A DNA stretch of 64,000 bases from Bugula neritina (taxonomy: Eukaryota > Animalia > Bryozoa): contig OZ037766.1 of assembly GCA_964035545.1 (NCBI GenBank), positions 14,374,722 to 14,438,721 on the forward strand, in the 5' to 3' direction. The notes under the pieces were generated by a model. It was given only the letters and a program-made list of their open reading frames with translations, did no database searches and was not told the DNA's origin. The position numbers were made by a program, and so were the translations under genes. Position 1 is the stretch's first letter. Each line of letters opens with the position of its first letter. Positions 26,802 through 50,650 of this stretch are shown one piece after another.

Positions 26802-27699
26802 TAAGAGGATTGCAAAATGTCAAGGTCATCTACTAAGCAGTGAGTACACAATTCCAATTTTCAGACATGCATCGGCGTAATAACGGCCTCTTTATTGACT
26901 GTATATTATAACAATCTGTGAACTAAAAATGGAAAAGTTTGTAGAATTTATTTAATCATTATTAGAAATACGAAGATATGATAAGAAATGTATTTAATGA
27001 CAGCCTCAAACAGAAGGAATACTTTTATTGCAAATGTAACATTTTTCAAGAATTAGACAATAATTCCACAAATGTAATTTGTTGATTGATCATTTGCACA
27101 ACTTGAGATAAATGAACAAGTGAAAAGAGACCAAAGTCTTGCTCTGAACTATAACGATTTTTTGTCAAGTTTACAGTACTTTACCGATCGAGCTTCATGA
27201 TTGAAATAAACAGTTGGTAAAGCTTATCTTGGAACAGTGAAATATATTTTAAAGTTTTACAATTCTGTTTGCATTACAGGGTGCAGTTCTATTAAAATAG
27301 TATTTTGCTTGCTTAAAAAGTCTGCAGGCAATGTTCTCTTTAATAAAAGCAATTACACTGAGATTGTACGAGTTTTACATAGATAGATCAATTCTTCAAC
27401 AGTGAATTGTTAAGTATTAGAACTACTGCTATATCTATAGCATTTTCAATTGGATATATGTAATAGCTGAATCATAAATTTTCTTATCACTAGGAATTCA
27501 TAAAATCGGTAAGGTTTGAGTAATTGTTATTACAATACATATCAAACATAGATATATTTCAAGACCAGTAACTACTAAAAAAGCAACTGAGAAAAATTTC
27601 AATACTAGCATTTTACAAATATAAAACACATAAATAGTGTGATAATTATAAAGCAGGATGAGATGAGCAAAGAATTATAAAATTGCACTGCCACCAGTA

Positions 27700-37057
<9,358 letters not shown>

Positions 37058-39876
37058 GGTTCACCAATGAAGAATGTTTGATTTAACTAAAAACTAAAAG
37101 TATTAAATATTAATAGTTTTGTCAACTCTAACCAAATCAATTTCTGTATATATATACATATATAAAAAAGAAGCAAAGGATCAAAGAGAAAAAAATATTC
37201 TTTTTCAGAATTGCAACTCTGTAAAAAAAAAGCAAGGATGATAAATTTATGGTTAATAAAAATTCAGCATGACTTTTTATTAAACAAACACCTTTTAATC
37301 ATTTTGAGCAGCAATTTCATTAAAATTAGTTTCTTGTTAAAATTAAATGACCTGAATAATGATAATCAACAAACTAGGCATAGCATCCTGCAAATGTGAA
37401 CTTATTATAATCACAACCTAATCAACTATGAACATCATTTCTCTTCCAACACTGATATTTTGGTGGTCAGGCAGTGATTGAGTGTGAAGGACAACAGCCT
37501 ACATTTCACACTTAAATACAGTACAAGTACTAAGCGCTAGATATTCATTTGCAATCACAATCACTTCGGAATTATCAAAAAAGAATCAATTGCTATTGGG
37601 TGTTGTTGATGATAAGCTGAATATGCTTTGTTTTTGTTTGTAAATGTTATACTATGTTATTCATGTTATCAATAATAGTCAGTTTGTGCTTTTAGATCTA
37701 TCCAGAGTGGACTTTTAATATCATAAAACTATTATAGACTCTTCAACCAGTCTCAGAATCTAATAAAGCAAACATAGCATAAACGAAGTAAGGCTGACGT
37801 AATTGGTAAATCAAATGATGTCATGGGACTGTGGGCTTGAATCCCAATGTGTCATTGCTAGCACAACCCATTCAGGGAACTTTGCTTTCAACTGAGCTGA
37901 GTCAACTTGAATCATGATTTACAATACAAAAGGCCTCATTTTATTAACAGCATGTAAAAGATCTACTAAAGAATAGCTTCATTATTACCTTACTGTAAAT
38001 ATGAATATCAATACTAGTAAAAACTGAGCAACTGCTACTATTAGTATTACTTACTCTTGTCTCAATTCTTTGCATTATTACAATATTACTGTACTTATTA
38101 TGTTTATTAATCTTACTGTAAGAGTTAGGCAAATTTGAAGTAAAATTATTATTTAAACTAATAGCTGTATTTAATTACATATTTGGTTAAATTTGTATCA
38201 TCACTTATACTCATAGCATTACATTTACTTATACACCCACTTGTCTTATACAATTATAGGATTTACTATTTTACTATAAAATATAGTAAATAGCAATAGT
38301 AAAACTAAAACCCATTAAGTTGTCAATTAATCTTAAATTGTCATATTGATATTATAATTATAAATATAATTGAACTTGATAAAATTTATTAAATTTAACA
38401 CTTACAGTTATGCTTAAAGTTAATCCTCATCTTATATAAATTTTATAGTTATACATTTGTCTTTGATTTATACTTAGTTATTGGTTATCATGATCATAAT
38501 AATAATGTAATAAGTTAAACTTAATGTCATACTTTATTTGACTTTAGTAATACTAATAGTAATACTAAATCTAATAGTAATACTAATACTATTAGTATTA
38601 CTAGTAATAGTCTAATTTGGTAATGAAGAAATTTAAAACTAATTCTAATACTTACAGTTACAGACTACAGTAACAGTTGATGTTATACCTACACTTATAC
38701 AGTATAACTTATAGTACCTAATAATTGTATTCATAATATTATTATTAATCATAATCATAATGATAATGTCAATCACAATGACAATCATCAAGATAATGAT
38801 GATAATCATTATCATAATGATTATGGTAATCACTCATTATGATAATCATTATCATTGTGTATTACTATTTATGATTATGAGTGATTACCAAAATAATGAT
38901 AACGATTTAATTTTATAATCAATATCATAATGACGATGACAATCATAATGATAATGTTATTAATATCAAATTCAATCATAAAATTATGATATTGATAATC
39001 AGATCAACTCATTATGATTAAGTTTAACAACTTGAACTTTATAATTATTGTAAGTTTTTTTACTTTTGGGGTTGAATCATGAATCAGAATGAGAATGCAA
39101 AATGAAAAAATTAGTGGGTAGCACTAGCCATTTACTTACAGTTTTGGCTACGAGTACGTGTAAATTAATAAAGGAATTATTGATATTATTGAATAATTAT
39201 CCCCATTATTTTTAATTTATCAGAAGAAAAATGTTAAATGCAAGGCATTTACTTTTTAGTAATTTACTATTTCACTTGAAGTAAATACCGTGCGTTTATG
39301 CTTTAACCCACGCTCTTTTCACTTGTGTAAATTTGCCTGGATACTCTACTAGACTTGATAGTAGGAAGATAACTCTAAAACAAATAACTAAACTAAACTT
39401 GCACCGTTGGTTGCATATAACTTCAGAATGCAGTCATCCAATCATTAGCAGGTGACTCTGCAGCCGAAAAATGAAACAACAGTTGATGCTAATGACCTTA
39501 TTCGTTGTATCTTCACCTCCTATTTTATCTTAATTCTCCTTTATCGATTCAAAATATTCATTAGTTGTAACAGAGCTGATTTTATCAGAGTGTATTATAA
39601 TTTATATTAGCAACACACCATCCAGTCATTTTGATGCAGTGGCCGCATTAGTAGAGATTAAAGTTAGAGTGCAGCATCATAGAAAATTAGGGTAAACCAG
39701 ATAAGTAAGATAGTCCTATGCACGTTTTATATAGGCCTATCTATTTCTAAACTTTTAAGGCTTTTCACAATATTTATTGTACAAGGCATCTACATCACAT
39801 TTTATACTTTATAACATCTTGCTATATCTGATATAAAGTTTGTTATAGTTCACTCAACTAACACACACGCACACGC

Positions 39877-40109
<233 letters not shown>

Positions 40110-42132
40110 TGTGTATGTGTGTTGGTGTGGTGTCACAATTGTAGATCAAAACTTGTATAAGTAACATATTATTAAAAAATAGTTCTATAGTAACTAACGG
40201 CATCTCCGTATTTTGTAACTTACACTTTATATTTTACATATAATTACAGCGTAATATTTAGTAAAACAGTACATCTAATTATTATAATATATTATAAATT
40301 ATGCCTTATGGTTTATTGTTTTTTGAAACATAAGTTATTTTGGCGGTTTGGTTTGCTTACAGGAAAGATAACTCTTGACAATTACTTTCCCTAAATGCTG
40401 CTTATTCGACTTGAGTAAGCGTCTTGTTTTTTATCTTGCACTAAGGCTCTATGTAACCACGCAACAAACAAGAACTTTACTACTATTGGTTATAATATGT
40501 TTTCACGTGACCAACTAACACCCATCGTCAACACTGTCCCTGCATGCCAACAAGGTAAAAGTAAGGGTACGGCTATCGATTCAACTTATTATCAATTATA
40601 ATGTTAGTTTACACAGTGGCTGCAGTTGTTTAATATGACCATGGGACAAGTTGGGTGGTGAAAGAAAGTGATAATTTATGTGTAAGGTAGTCTGTACTTA
40701 ATACTATTGCTATATTTATGTCATTTCACTGACACTTTGAAAGTTCGAACTTTAACTACTACAGCTACTAGTACTAGTAGTGAACTAGACCTAGTACTAC
40801 GTTTACTAGTGTACTACTACTACTAGTACTAGTACTAATATTTATTAAATTATAGTAGAATTATTATTAATAATATTTGTATTAAATTTAATAATGATAT
40901 CAATTATGATATTGATTGTCATGATCATGATCATAACAATTACTATTACTAATACTAATAGTAATAGTATTACTATTAGTATTAGTAATAGTATTACTAT
41001 TAGTATTACTATTACTATTAGTAACAGTATTACTATTAGTATTACCATAAGTTATCATTGTCATTATGATTGTTATTTCGATTAGTATTAGTATTACTAT
41101 TACTATTACCATTTATTTTTAATTTTTCTCATTATTTTAATCGTTTTAGTTATACCTATGCAGGAGCTTCCATAAACGCTTGCAATACTCACAGTTACTG
41201 TATTTAACTATAAGTAATAGTATAAGTATTGCTATTACTATATTACTATTACTATAAGTACAAGTTAAAATTGAGTGATGTGATGGCTTTGCATTCAACT
41301 AATACCATGTCTATGAATATGATGTCCAAATTAACTGTGACTGTGAGTATAAAATTCAAGCATGGCATTCATGATGAACATACCTATGACTATTAGTATA
41401 ACAATTTTAACTGCTCCTCTGTTGATAATGATTAATTTTCAATCGTGCTGTAATCTTGTTTTTAACCGTAAATATGTTTGATTTATTTCAATGAAATTTC
41501 CTCTGGCCTGCTCTTGTAGAGTTCATTTTACCAATAAAAAAGGTAAATGAATGAAAACCATCTATCATAAAATTCTTGCAGTAGGTCTTTTTTACTTCTG
41601 CATATTCTATATAGTAATACTATGTGCATTTCAAGTTCTGCTATGTAAAATAGCTCTACTAGTTTTAGTGGTTGGCCATATTGTGAACTAGCTTACCAAG
41701 TAATATAAGTTTTTTATGTTCATTATGATAACTACCTAATTGCAGTGTTTTTTGCTAGTACATTTAATTTTACTGTTTCCGTCATTGAGATTATGCATAG
41801 GCTATGTAAGTGTAATTAACGTGTAATCAATATCTTTGCTATAAAAATATGTTGTATGTTGAGATTCAACAAACTTAGGCTAGGGCCTTGAATTCTCCAA
41901 TATTGGCAGAGTTGAAGCTAAATATTTGGCTGTTGAAGTATTCCTGTAAATTTAGTATACTAACTTTTAGTGAAACTGTCTGAAAGGTGGTATTCTATTA
42001 TAACTGGACAACTTATTTTCTTTTTTGAAGGTTAGATGAAAGTTTCAAGAGGAGTGTTAAACTGACCTGATGTACATATAGAAGATTCTTTGCACATTCA
42101 ACTCCGAAATTTTACAACTGTCTGTTGAAATC

Positions 42133-44178
42133 ATGACAAGTGTTTCTAAAATAAAAATGCCACTTCATGGTAAACTCATGGTAGCTAATGATTCCCAGTT
42201 ATATGGCAATCCCGATTCTTCTACCAATCACCTGCCACCTCTGAATAAACAGTTGTCTGGAAGTAATGCAAAAATGCAACAAATCTTTGATGAGAAGAGT
42301 CCTCATACAGCTTCTACTGTAGTTGCAGCCCCTCAAACCGGTCAGAAGTCTACTACACCTCATAGGCTAGAGTTTGGCGTTGATCAACCAGTTCGTACAA
42401 GCAGTGGTAAAGTGTTAGCCAAGACACCTGAGCAAGCGATGAAGCAGTATATGCATAAACTTTCATCCTTTGAACACCACGAAATATTCAATTATCCACA
42501 AATATATTTTGTTGGCCACAGTGCCAAGAAGCGACAGGGAGTTCTCGGTGGAGCAAATAATAGTGGGTACGATGATGATAATGGTTCCTACCTTCATGTT
42601 CCTCATGATCATATCTCATACCGTTTTGAAGTTCTTAAAGTGATTGGGAAAGGCAGCTTTGGTCAGGTTGTGAAAGCCTATGACCACAAAACACACACTC
42701 ATGTGGCATTAAAGATGGTGAGGAATGAAAAAAGATTTCATCGTCAAGCTCAAGAAGAGATACGGATCCTTGAGCATCTTAAAAAGCAAGATCGTGAAAA
42801 CAGAATGAACATCATTCATGTGTTTGAAAATTTCACATTCCGAAATCACATCTGCATAACATTCGAATTGCTCTCAATGAACTTATATGAATTGATAAAG
42901 AAAAACAAATTTCAAGGTTTTAGCTTGCAATTAGTTAGAAAATTTGCTCACTCTATGCTGCAATGTCTGGATGCTCTTTTCAAAAACCGAATTATTCATT
43001 GTGATTTGAAACCAGAAAATGTGCTGTTAAAGCAACAAGGTCGTAGCGGCATAAAAGTCATAGACTTTGGTTCTAGCTGTTATGAACATCAAAGAATCTA
43101 TACATATATTCAGTCAAGGTTTTACAGAGCTCCAGAGGTGATTTTAGGTGCTAAGTATGGAATGCCCATTGACATGTGGAGTCTGGGCTGTATTTTAGCA
43201 GAATTGTTGACAGGATATCCTCTCTTTCCTGGGGAAGATGAAAGCGATCAGCTTGCCACCATTATAGAGATTAATGGGCTGCCACCTCAGAAGATGCTTG
43301 ATCAAGCAAAAAGAGCTAGAAACTTCATCAGCTCAAAGGGTATTCCTCGGTACCTCAATGTCACCACTGCACCAGATGGCTCTTCTAACATCCAGCGTAA
43401 GTTCAGCTAGTTCACCTAGCATCATGTTTGTAATATAAGCATTTAACAGCTTCAGATATTCTGCCTATTTACCCTTTTGTTTTACATTAATAAGATTGAG
43501 GTGGCTTTTTCATCCCTTAGCATATAAATGATCTTATGAGAATTGATTAATTAATGTGAGGTGCCTTTACTCCAGTAGTCAATAGGAAGGGACTAGTAGT
43601 TATCAGGCAAAGCAGGTCCCATTGTTTGCTTAAGAAAACTAGTTAAACTGAATCCTTTGTTCAAATGTTTTATAGCTATTATAGTCTGGACAACCTACAT
43701 CTTAGTCTATTTGGATTCATTAATACAAGGCATACAGTGTGCAAAGCATCTTGTAAAAAATGCATGATGTTGGATAGACAGTAACTGTTGCTCATTGTTC
43801 ATTTTTGTTATAGCTGGCCGATCAAGAAGAGGTAAAATTCGAGGTATTCCAGGATCCAAGAATTTAACAGCAGCTCTTAAAGGTTGTGATGATCCACTAT
43901 TTCTGGATTTCCTAAAGAGATGTTTAGATTGGGACCCTTCTGCCAGGTTGACGCCATCGCAAGCTCTTCGACACGCTTGGCTTAGAAGAAAAATGGTCAA
44001 AGACATAAATGAAGATACTTCCCAGACAATGGCCAAGAGAGCATCTGCCACTAGAGCTGCTCTTAGTAAGCTACAAGCTGGCTCTAGTAGTGCCAAATCT
44101 AGGCAAGTTGCAGCCATATCTGAAGATGTCACTTTTAATACCCGCACTAAACTGCCACAAATAGGCTCAACAATCTAA
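42133..44178 (+). CDS. DYRK2: Dual-specificity tyrosine-regulated kinase, class 2 (DYRK2/3-like); exons 42133-43396 and 43814-44178
   Basis: DH box [27 protein letters not shown], activation loop [13 protein letters not shown]; the splice C|GTAAGT...TAG|CT restores PGRSRRGK. Confidence 0.93.
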
Positions 44179-47100
44179 TTTTATTGACATAAGACATTTG
44201 CTGAATGATGGTTACTATATTTCACACTTTCTACCATGACACATCTGAGAAGAGTTTCTATAACCTATTATCAGTGTTCAAACTGCATTTTTTATAGCCT
44301 TTTAATTATCACTAAGACTTACATGTATTTAATTACATGTATGACCATTCACTTTATCCGTCCATAGTTTTTTTTTGCATATTGGAAAGTTACTGTGATG
44401 AAATGTAGTAAAACATATTGTTTGCTGCTCAGTTGTGAATAGTAGTACATGGTCTTCCCTTAGGGTTGTTTTTTTTCTATAATCTCTAATATACACCTTA
44501 AAATATCTTAAACTCTTAATTTTTCACAATTTTATATTTGGACAATCAGACAAAAAATTGATTTTATGATGTGTAAGTGATGAGCTTGTTTCAGGCATTT
44601 TTATTTATTTGTTTTGATTTATATCAAATGAGGTTTTTAATTTATTTTTGATTTAAATAAGTGTGAGTATACAAAATAAGTTATATTACTTATATTATTT
44701 ACTGCAGCATACTAAGGGCTAACGGCTTATATTTTTTTGAAGTGAATGTGAAACCTTTTTGCATATATCATATTGTGTAGTTTGTGTCTGAGAAGTTACT
44801 TTCTATTTGTTAATTTTGCTTTGCTTTTAGTTGCTCCGTGTTTTCAGCTACTTAGTCGTTTCTATTCATATATTGTAGTTACTCACTTGACACTACCATT
44901 TTTCTATTCACCAAGTGAGTTCAAATGCATGTTCAATATGGAATAGTAAATAAAATAACTATTCAATATTCTGTATATAATTTATTATATATATTTGGCT
45001 GCTTTGTAATTTGACTTAACAAAATTATCAATGGTAGGAATGATACAAATACCAAAAGTAAAAGTTTCTATTGTGTTAGCCAAACTATAGAAATTACCTT
45101 AACACAGCCAATGAGCAATATGTACAGCTCCATATATTGGGTTGTATTGATTTAGTTGTTTGTTGAATACTTTTGTTTTTGCAGTGCAAACACTTTGTTT
45201 GCTTAAAACTGTTATGCTCAATACATAGTTCAACAAAAAATATTGCTTTCTTTTCTTTCTTTTGAAGATTTCACCTCCATTCTGCATGACAGCAATTGCA
45301 ACATTGTACTGGTAAAGCTTAAAGCTACACAGACTGTAAACGCAGCATGTATATTAAAGGCCTTTAATTTGTGCCAAATTAAATGCTTACTTTTATAGTG
45401 CTAAAAATATAAGAAAAGGAAGGTGTGAAACATATAAATTTAAAATGTTTTATATAAATGTAATTATACTCAAGCGTCATCATGCAGGCAGCACACCTTA
45501 TTAGAAATTATTAGGTAATAAGAAAACATATTATGCTAAGTTCCATGACTGACCTCAGCTTGTTCGGAGTGTTTTTGATAAATAAGGTAATATATAGTCA
45601 GCTCACAAAAATTGATAAGATATCTAAGTATTGTTTTAATAACAAAGCAAAGGAAAAGACCAGAAATTGGTAAAGTAAAAGATATATAATGTGATCACCT
45701 CAAGTCATATAATATTGCAGGCTGAGACACTGAGATTGCAAATCAATATTAATTGATTATAAACTAGCCCAGTTCTCAATTATTAATTTTGAAACACATT
45801 TATGTGTGAAGTTTTTCAGATTTTAACAATTGTATCTGGCAACATACTACAAATGCATAAGAAATCAATCATATTTTATATAAATCATAGCTGGTATAAG
45901 TTTCTCAGCCCAGCTGATTTTACCAATATGCGCGCATGCAAACATGTCCTGACATAGGAATTTTGAAAATACTTTATATGATTAACTCTGTGCTGAATTG
46001 AATTATTGATCAAAAGTTCACTGTTTTTGTATACAGAAAAGTTTTTTTTACATGATTACCAACAGTGTGAAGATTTCACAAGCCCAACACTCAAGTGAGA
46101 ATTATCCTACCTTTCATTGATTAGTATTGGTGTGCATTGAACATGTAAAGCTAAATGTTAAACTTTGCCCAATTTTTATGCATTAAAACTGCCAGGTACT
46201 GAAATTAGAACAAATAACCTGTTATCTCTTAAATATAACCACTAAAAGTCAATCCAATTGAATAATAACACATATTAAATTCTCACAAACTTTATTGATA
46301 GAATTTGTGCAAATCTATTCTGATAAATTTTTGGCAAACTGAATTTCTTTGACACTACAAACCATCACCAATTCAAGACTAACAATATAACAATTAATGT
46401 CCATCCATTGAAAATTTAGCAAAAAAATATGGTATGATACAACTTTCAATTACAAAATAATTAGTAAAAGTGAGGCTAATGAAATGCTACAGAACTAGTT
46501 TATATTGAGCAACCTCTACGCATACACAAAAGTGAAAATTTGCACGCAAGGGGTATGCTAAGCTTAAATGCTGCCCAAGACTTGAGCTGCGATATGTTAT
46601 AAAAATTCGTTGAATGATAAATTTGAATATTGTATTGACGAAAATTTAATTATGCCTAAATAGCAGGTGAAGAGTTGAGCAAGTCTACTATGTCTTGAAA
46701 CATCGTCCATTGTCTCAAAATGATTAAAAACTATTGTTTCTTGGGAGATTATTTTTAACTTTGGAGCAGTAGCTGAATAAATTTTATCGCAGTTCAAGTC
46801 TAACAACAGGTACTCACTACATAGATAATGTGGAATAATCTAATATCTATCATATTTATACATAAGCATAACTAAATAAACCACTTCATTCAAAACTGTA
46901 GGTGCAAAAGAGATGTTTCGTTGAAAACTGGTAAAGTAACTTCAGTAAGCTTACATAATAACTATCTACCATATGGTTTTAATATTGACATCACAAAAAA
47001 AAATCAATTCTCTTTACCAGAAATTCTACATGCATTATATAAAACTGGGTAATAAGTATGAACTAATAGTAAATACAGTTATAAAAGCCTGTACTAAATT

Positions 47101-47713
47101 TAAATTCTTTTAATATCAGATATAACTTCATGTAGTTGGCACTAAAGAACGATATTTGCTACAAACCAAAAAATTATAACTCCTAGCTATGAGAGAGTGA
47201 AAGATGGGTAGGGGCAGGAGCTTGCATAGCAGAGGCTGGTAAAGATATTGTAGTTCCAAAACAATTTGCACAAACTAACTCACACAACAACAATATGCAA
47301 CAACTCTGAGTTTAGTCTACAGAAAATATAATATGGTAGTAATATAATAATAATGTTAAATATGTAACACCTTACTACTGGTGGTAAAGACAAATTTTCT
47401 AGTTTAGCACACTTTTCAGCACAACAATGGTTATTTCAATAATTTGGCAAATCATTAACCAGCAGAAAAAAAATTTGCATTTTTCAAAAATGCATTTGAT
47501 ATGAGGTGAGAAAATAACTCTCAAACATGGCTGTTGTCAAAAAATATGGCAACTTTAAAATATTAATATATTATTTCTCTATGATTATGACACAATAACA
47601 ATATTGTTAGTGCTATTATAGGTAGTATAATAAGTTGTCAAATGGAATCATAAAATTAAGTGCACAAAGCAGACTATGTCTTCGTTGAATAAAGTCAGCA
47701 ATATTGGCATTGG

Positions 47714-50650
47714 TCAGACAGCTACTATATTTATGGAGGCTTTGGGTGTAGCAGTGACAGTTGTCTTGGTGGCCTGGTGCTTCTCTAAATGCCTGGAAAG
47801 TTGTGTTATATTTTTGGTAGTATAATCGCACATAACACATTGGTAGAGTGAGTTGTCAGGCTTGATATACAAGCCATTACCAACAATGTCATCGCCATGG
47901 CTTATAACATTGATAAGCGTGTTGTTGTTACTAGATGTTAAGCGAAATCGCTGACCAGCCTTGATGCTTCCCGACAGTTTGCCAGAAATATGGTCAATGA
48001 TAAGTCCGGAATCATCTGAGGAAACATCAGACTCTACAGGTGTTATACTTATATCTGTAAGTAAGGCAACAACTTGAATAGATTTGAACACACAATAGGT
48101 GTATATGAAATCAAATTATTGCCAGTTAAAGCATTTACAGTTTACACACAAAGTATAAACATTGGCTTACAATGTTCTTAGAAAATGACATTCAATACTC
48201 ATTGCAGGCGGTTCAACCCGTTATATAGAAAGCCAATTAATGTCTATGAGTGGGTTGTAGCATAAACTGTGTTAATTCATTGATCCTGCTAACACGCCGA
48301 GGCAAACTGAAATCCATTAAGTGCAAACAGATTTAACACAGTATTCATTGACGTGTATCGATTCTTATACAACCGAGAGTAGTTAGATAACTCCAAAAAT
48401 ATACCCACCCACATATTGGAAACTAATTATAACAACATAGCACAGCAAGTAAAAGCTTTACACGGAGTATTATACAGTGAGATATGCATAGATGTGCATA
48501 TATTATAATATAAAGTTAGTAGTAATTTTGTGGTAGTAATTAGTCATTGGCAATAATGCATATATAATGTGAATATATATAGTATGAATACGTATGCAAA
48601 AAGTTCAATGCAAGAGAAAGTATGAATGAAATGTCTGGATTACCTGTAGAAGGCGAGGAAGCGCTAGATGTGGGTTGCGAGGGAGTGCATATCTCGCATG
48701 TCTCCTGCTCTGCCCAATCTTTATGGTGCTTCTCCTCAATGTGCCTCTCAAGATAGTGCCGCCGGAAAAATCTTTTGGGGCAGTGGCGGCATGGAAAGCG
48801 GTGGACATTATTCAACCTCTGACTGTTCATTATCAGCTCTTGGTTGGTCTTGCTGGCCTTCATCCGGGAAGGGGTGCAGTTGTTCTTCCTCAGGTGCCGC
48901 AAGTAATCTTCCCGAGCCCGATACACTTTCAAGCATTTGCCACAGCTATACGAGGTGTTACTATGGTAACGATCCTTGTGTGTATCCAGGTGATACTTGC
49001 GGGTATAAGAACAGCCGCATTTATCACATTTATACGGCCTTGAGCCATCGCTAGCATTGGAGCCATAGCAGAGCATTTTATGACATTTTAGATCAGGTAG
49101 TGAAGAGAACTTTTTGCCGCATTGTTGGCAGAAGAAGATTTTCTTGTCCTGTTCCTCTTTGGTTTTAAGAATAGGGCGAGATGTAGCTGTGACTGTAAGT
49201 CCAGTGTTAACAATGCTGCTAGTAATATGGGTATGCACAGGAAAGTTGAGGTTGAGGGCCTTTTCTATAGATCGGTCAAGGGTTATCCTATCATCAACTT
49301 CTATCTTGATGTCATTGTAAGCCAAGTCGGAGTCTAAACCTGAAATTTATGGGCAAATAATGACATGACAATGCATGTGCTTGTCATGTGTGCAGGTTAC
49401 TGCCACCACAGAGCACTCCACTGGTACATGCTCCTCGATACACTCAAGTCATTTACAACAATCACAAACCATTTAAACAAGAGAGATATAATAATGATTA
49501 GGAAAGTTCGTGCCTTTTGCTATCCATAACTTTATCTAAGTGTTCAAAAACGTTAGGTCTTGGAATTTACTGCCTTCTTATCTGTTTACAATGGAATGAT
49601 ACAAATAGCATGGTAAGGAGATGAAGCTATCTATACCACACGTTGCAGAACATAGGGGACATACTTCTGCATAGTCATTTGGTTTGAGTGGTTTGCATGA
49701 AACACACTGATATAGGATATTGCAGTATTGGGCAAACAAATGGCAGCTACATTTCACTTTTAGAAAATCAGCTCATTAAATAGATAGCACAGCAACATGC
49801 CACGCTACTAATAATCATCAAATTAACTTTGTTTTTAGGCAATCAATTTACTTTTTTAGTGACAGGCAATTTGCATTGTGGTTAGGGTGCAATATAATTG
49901 AGATAGTTTCTACAAATTCAAGATATTTTATGATATGAGATAGCAATTATCCAGGCCTGTTTTAGGAGCTACTAAAACCTGTTTTATTTATAAGATAAAT
50001 ATATGAAGATGATATAACATCTAGGGGTGGGGACCTTAGTCTTGTTTAATTGCATTGTCTACTTTCATCTAGAGACAGTTAGTATCAGTTTATAATGCGT
50101 ACAGAGCAGGATACAAAACTAATGTAAACAAGTAGTAAATCACATGTTGCAACACCCTGAATCTTGGCTAGATGCTCAGTTTAAATGGTTTCTAACTTAT
50201 TCAACATGACCAAATTCAGTGGTCAATGTAGGCACCCAGTAATAGGCTTACAATAACACAAGTCACAACAGAAAACCTAATTGATAGCTGAAACATTGAC
50301 TGCTATTTGGACAATAAGGTTTTCATATTGCTATTTAAGACAATGCAGGGTACGAAATACACATTACATTGTGCAGCGAAATGTAAACGACAGAACTATA
50401 ACTTCAGATGCTTCCATAATCATTTAATCAAAATATAAAAGTTAGCATATAGATGCATACCGCTAGAGCAATCATCAAAATCTAAAGGCTCAGTCTTTAT
50501 AGTTTGAGAGAGTTCTTGCAAGGAGGTGGCAGAGTCAATCAGATCGCTGACTATCAGGTCTTGTTCAGACAACTGATCGTCGGTGTTCGGCAGCATGGCA
50601 CTGATGTCGTTCTCAAATGCTTGTTCCATAGAGAGCCACACATCTGTCAT
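47714..50650 (-). CDS. C2H2 zinc-finger protein (exons 50650-50461, 49339-48644, 48054-47714; start uncertain)
   Basis: Five fingers (CQQC, CDKC, CGKC, CRHC, CVMC; two end in C2HC), SRPYKC linker, acidic N-terminus with IKTE; phase-1 GT-AG junctions are consistent. Confidence 0.85.

Noticed and set aside
48605-49337. Several overlapping ORFs on both strands
   Set aside because: Shadow frames of the GC-richer zinc-finger exon; no recognisable motifs.
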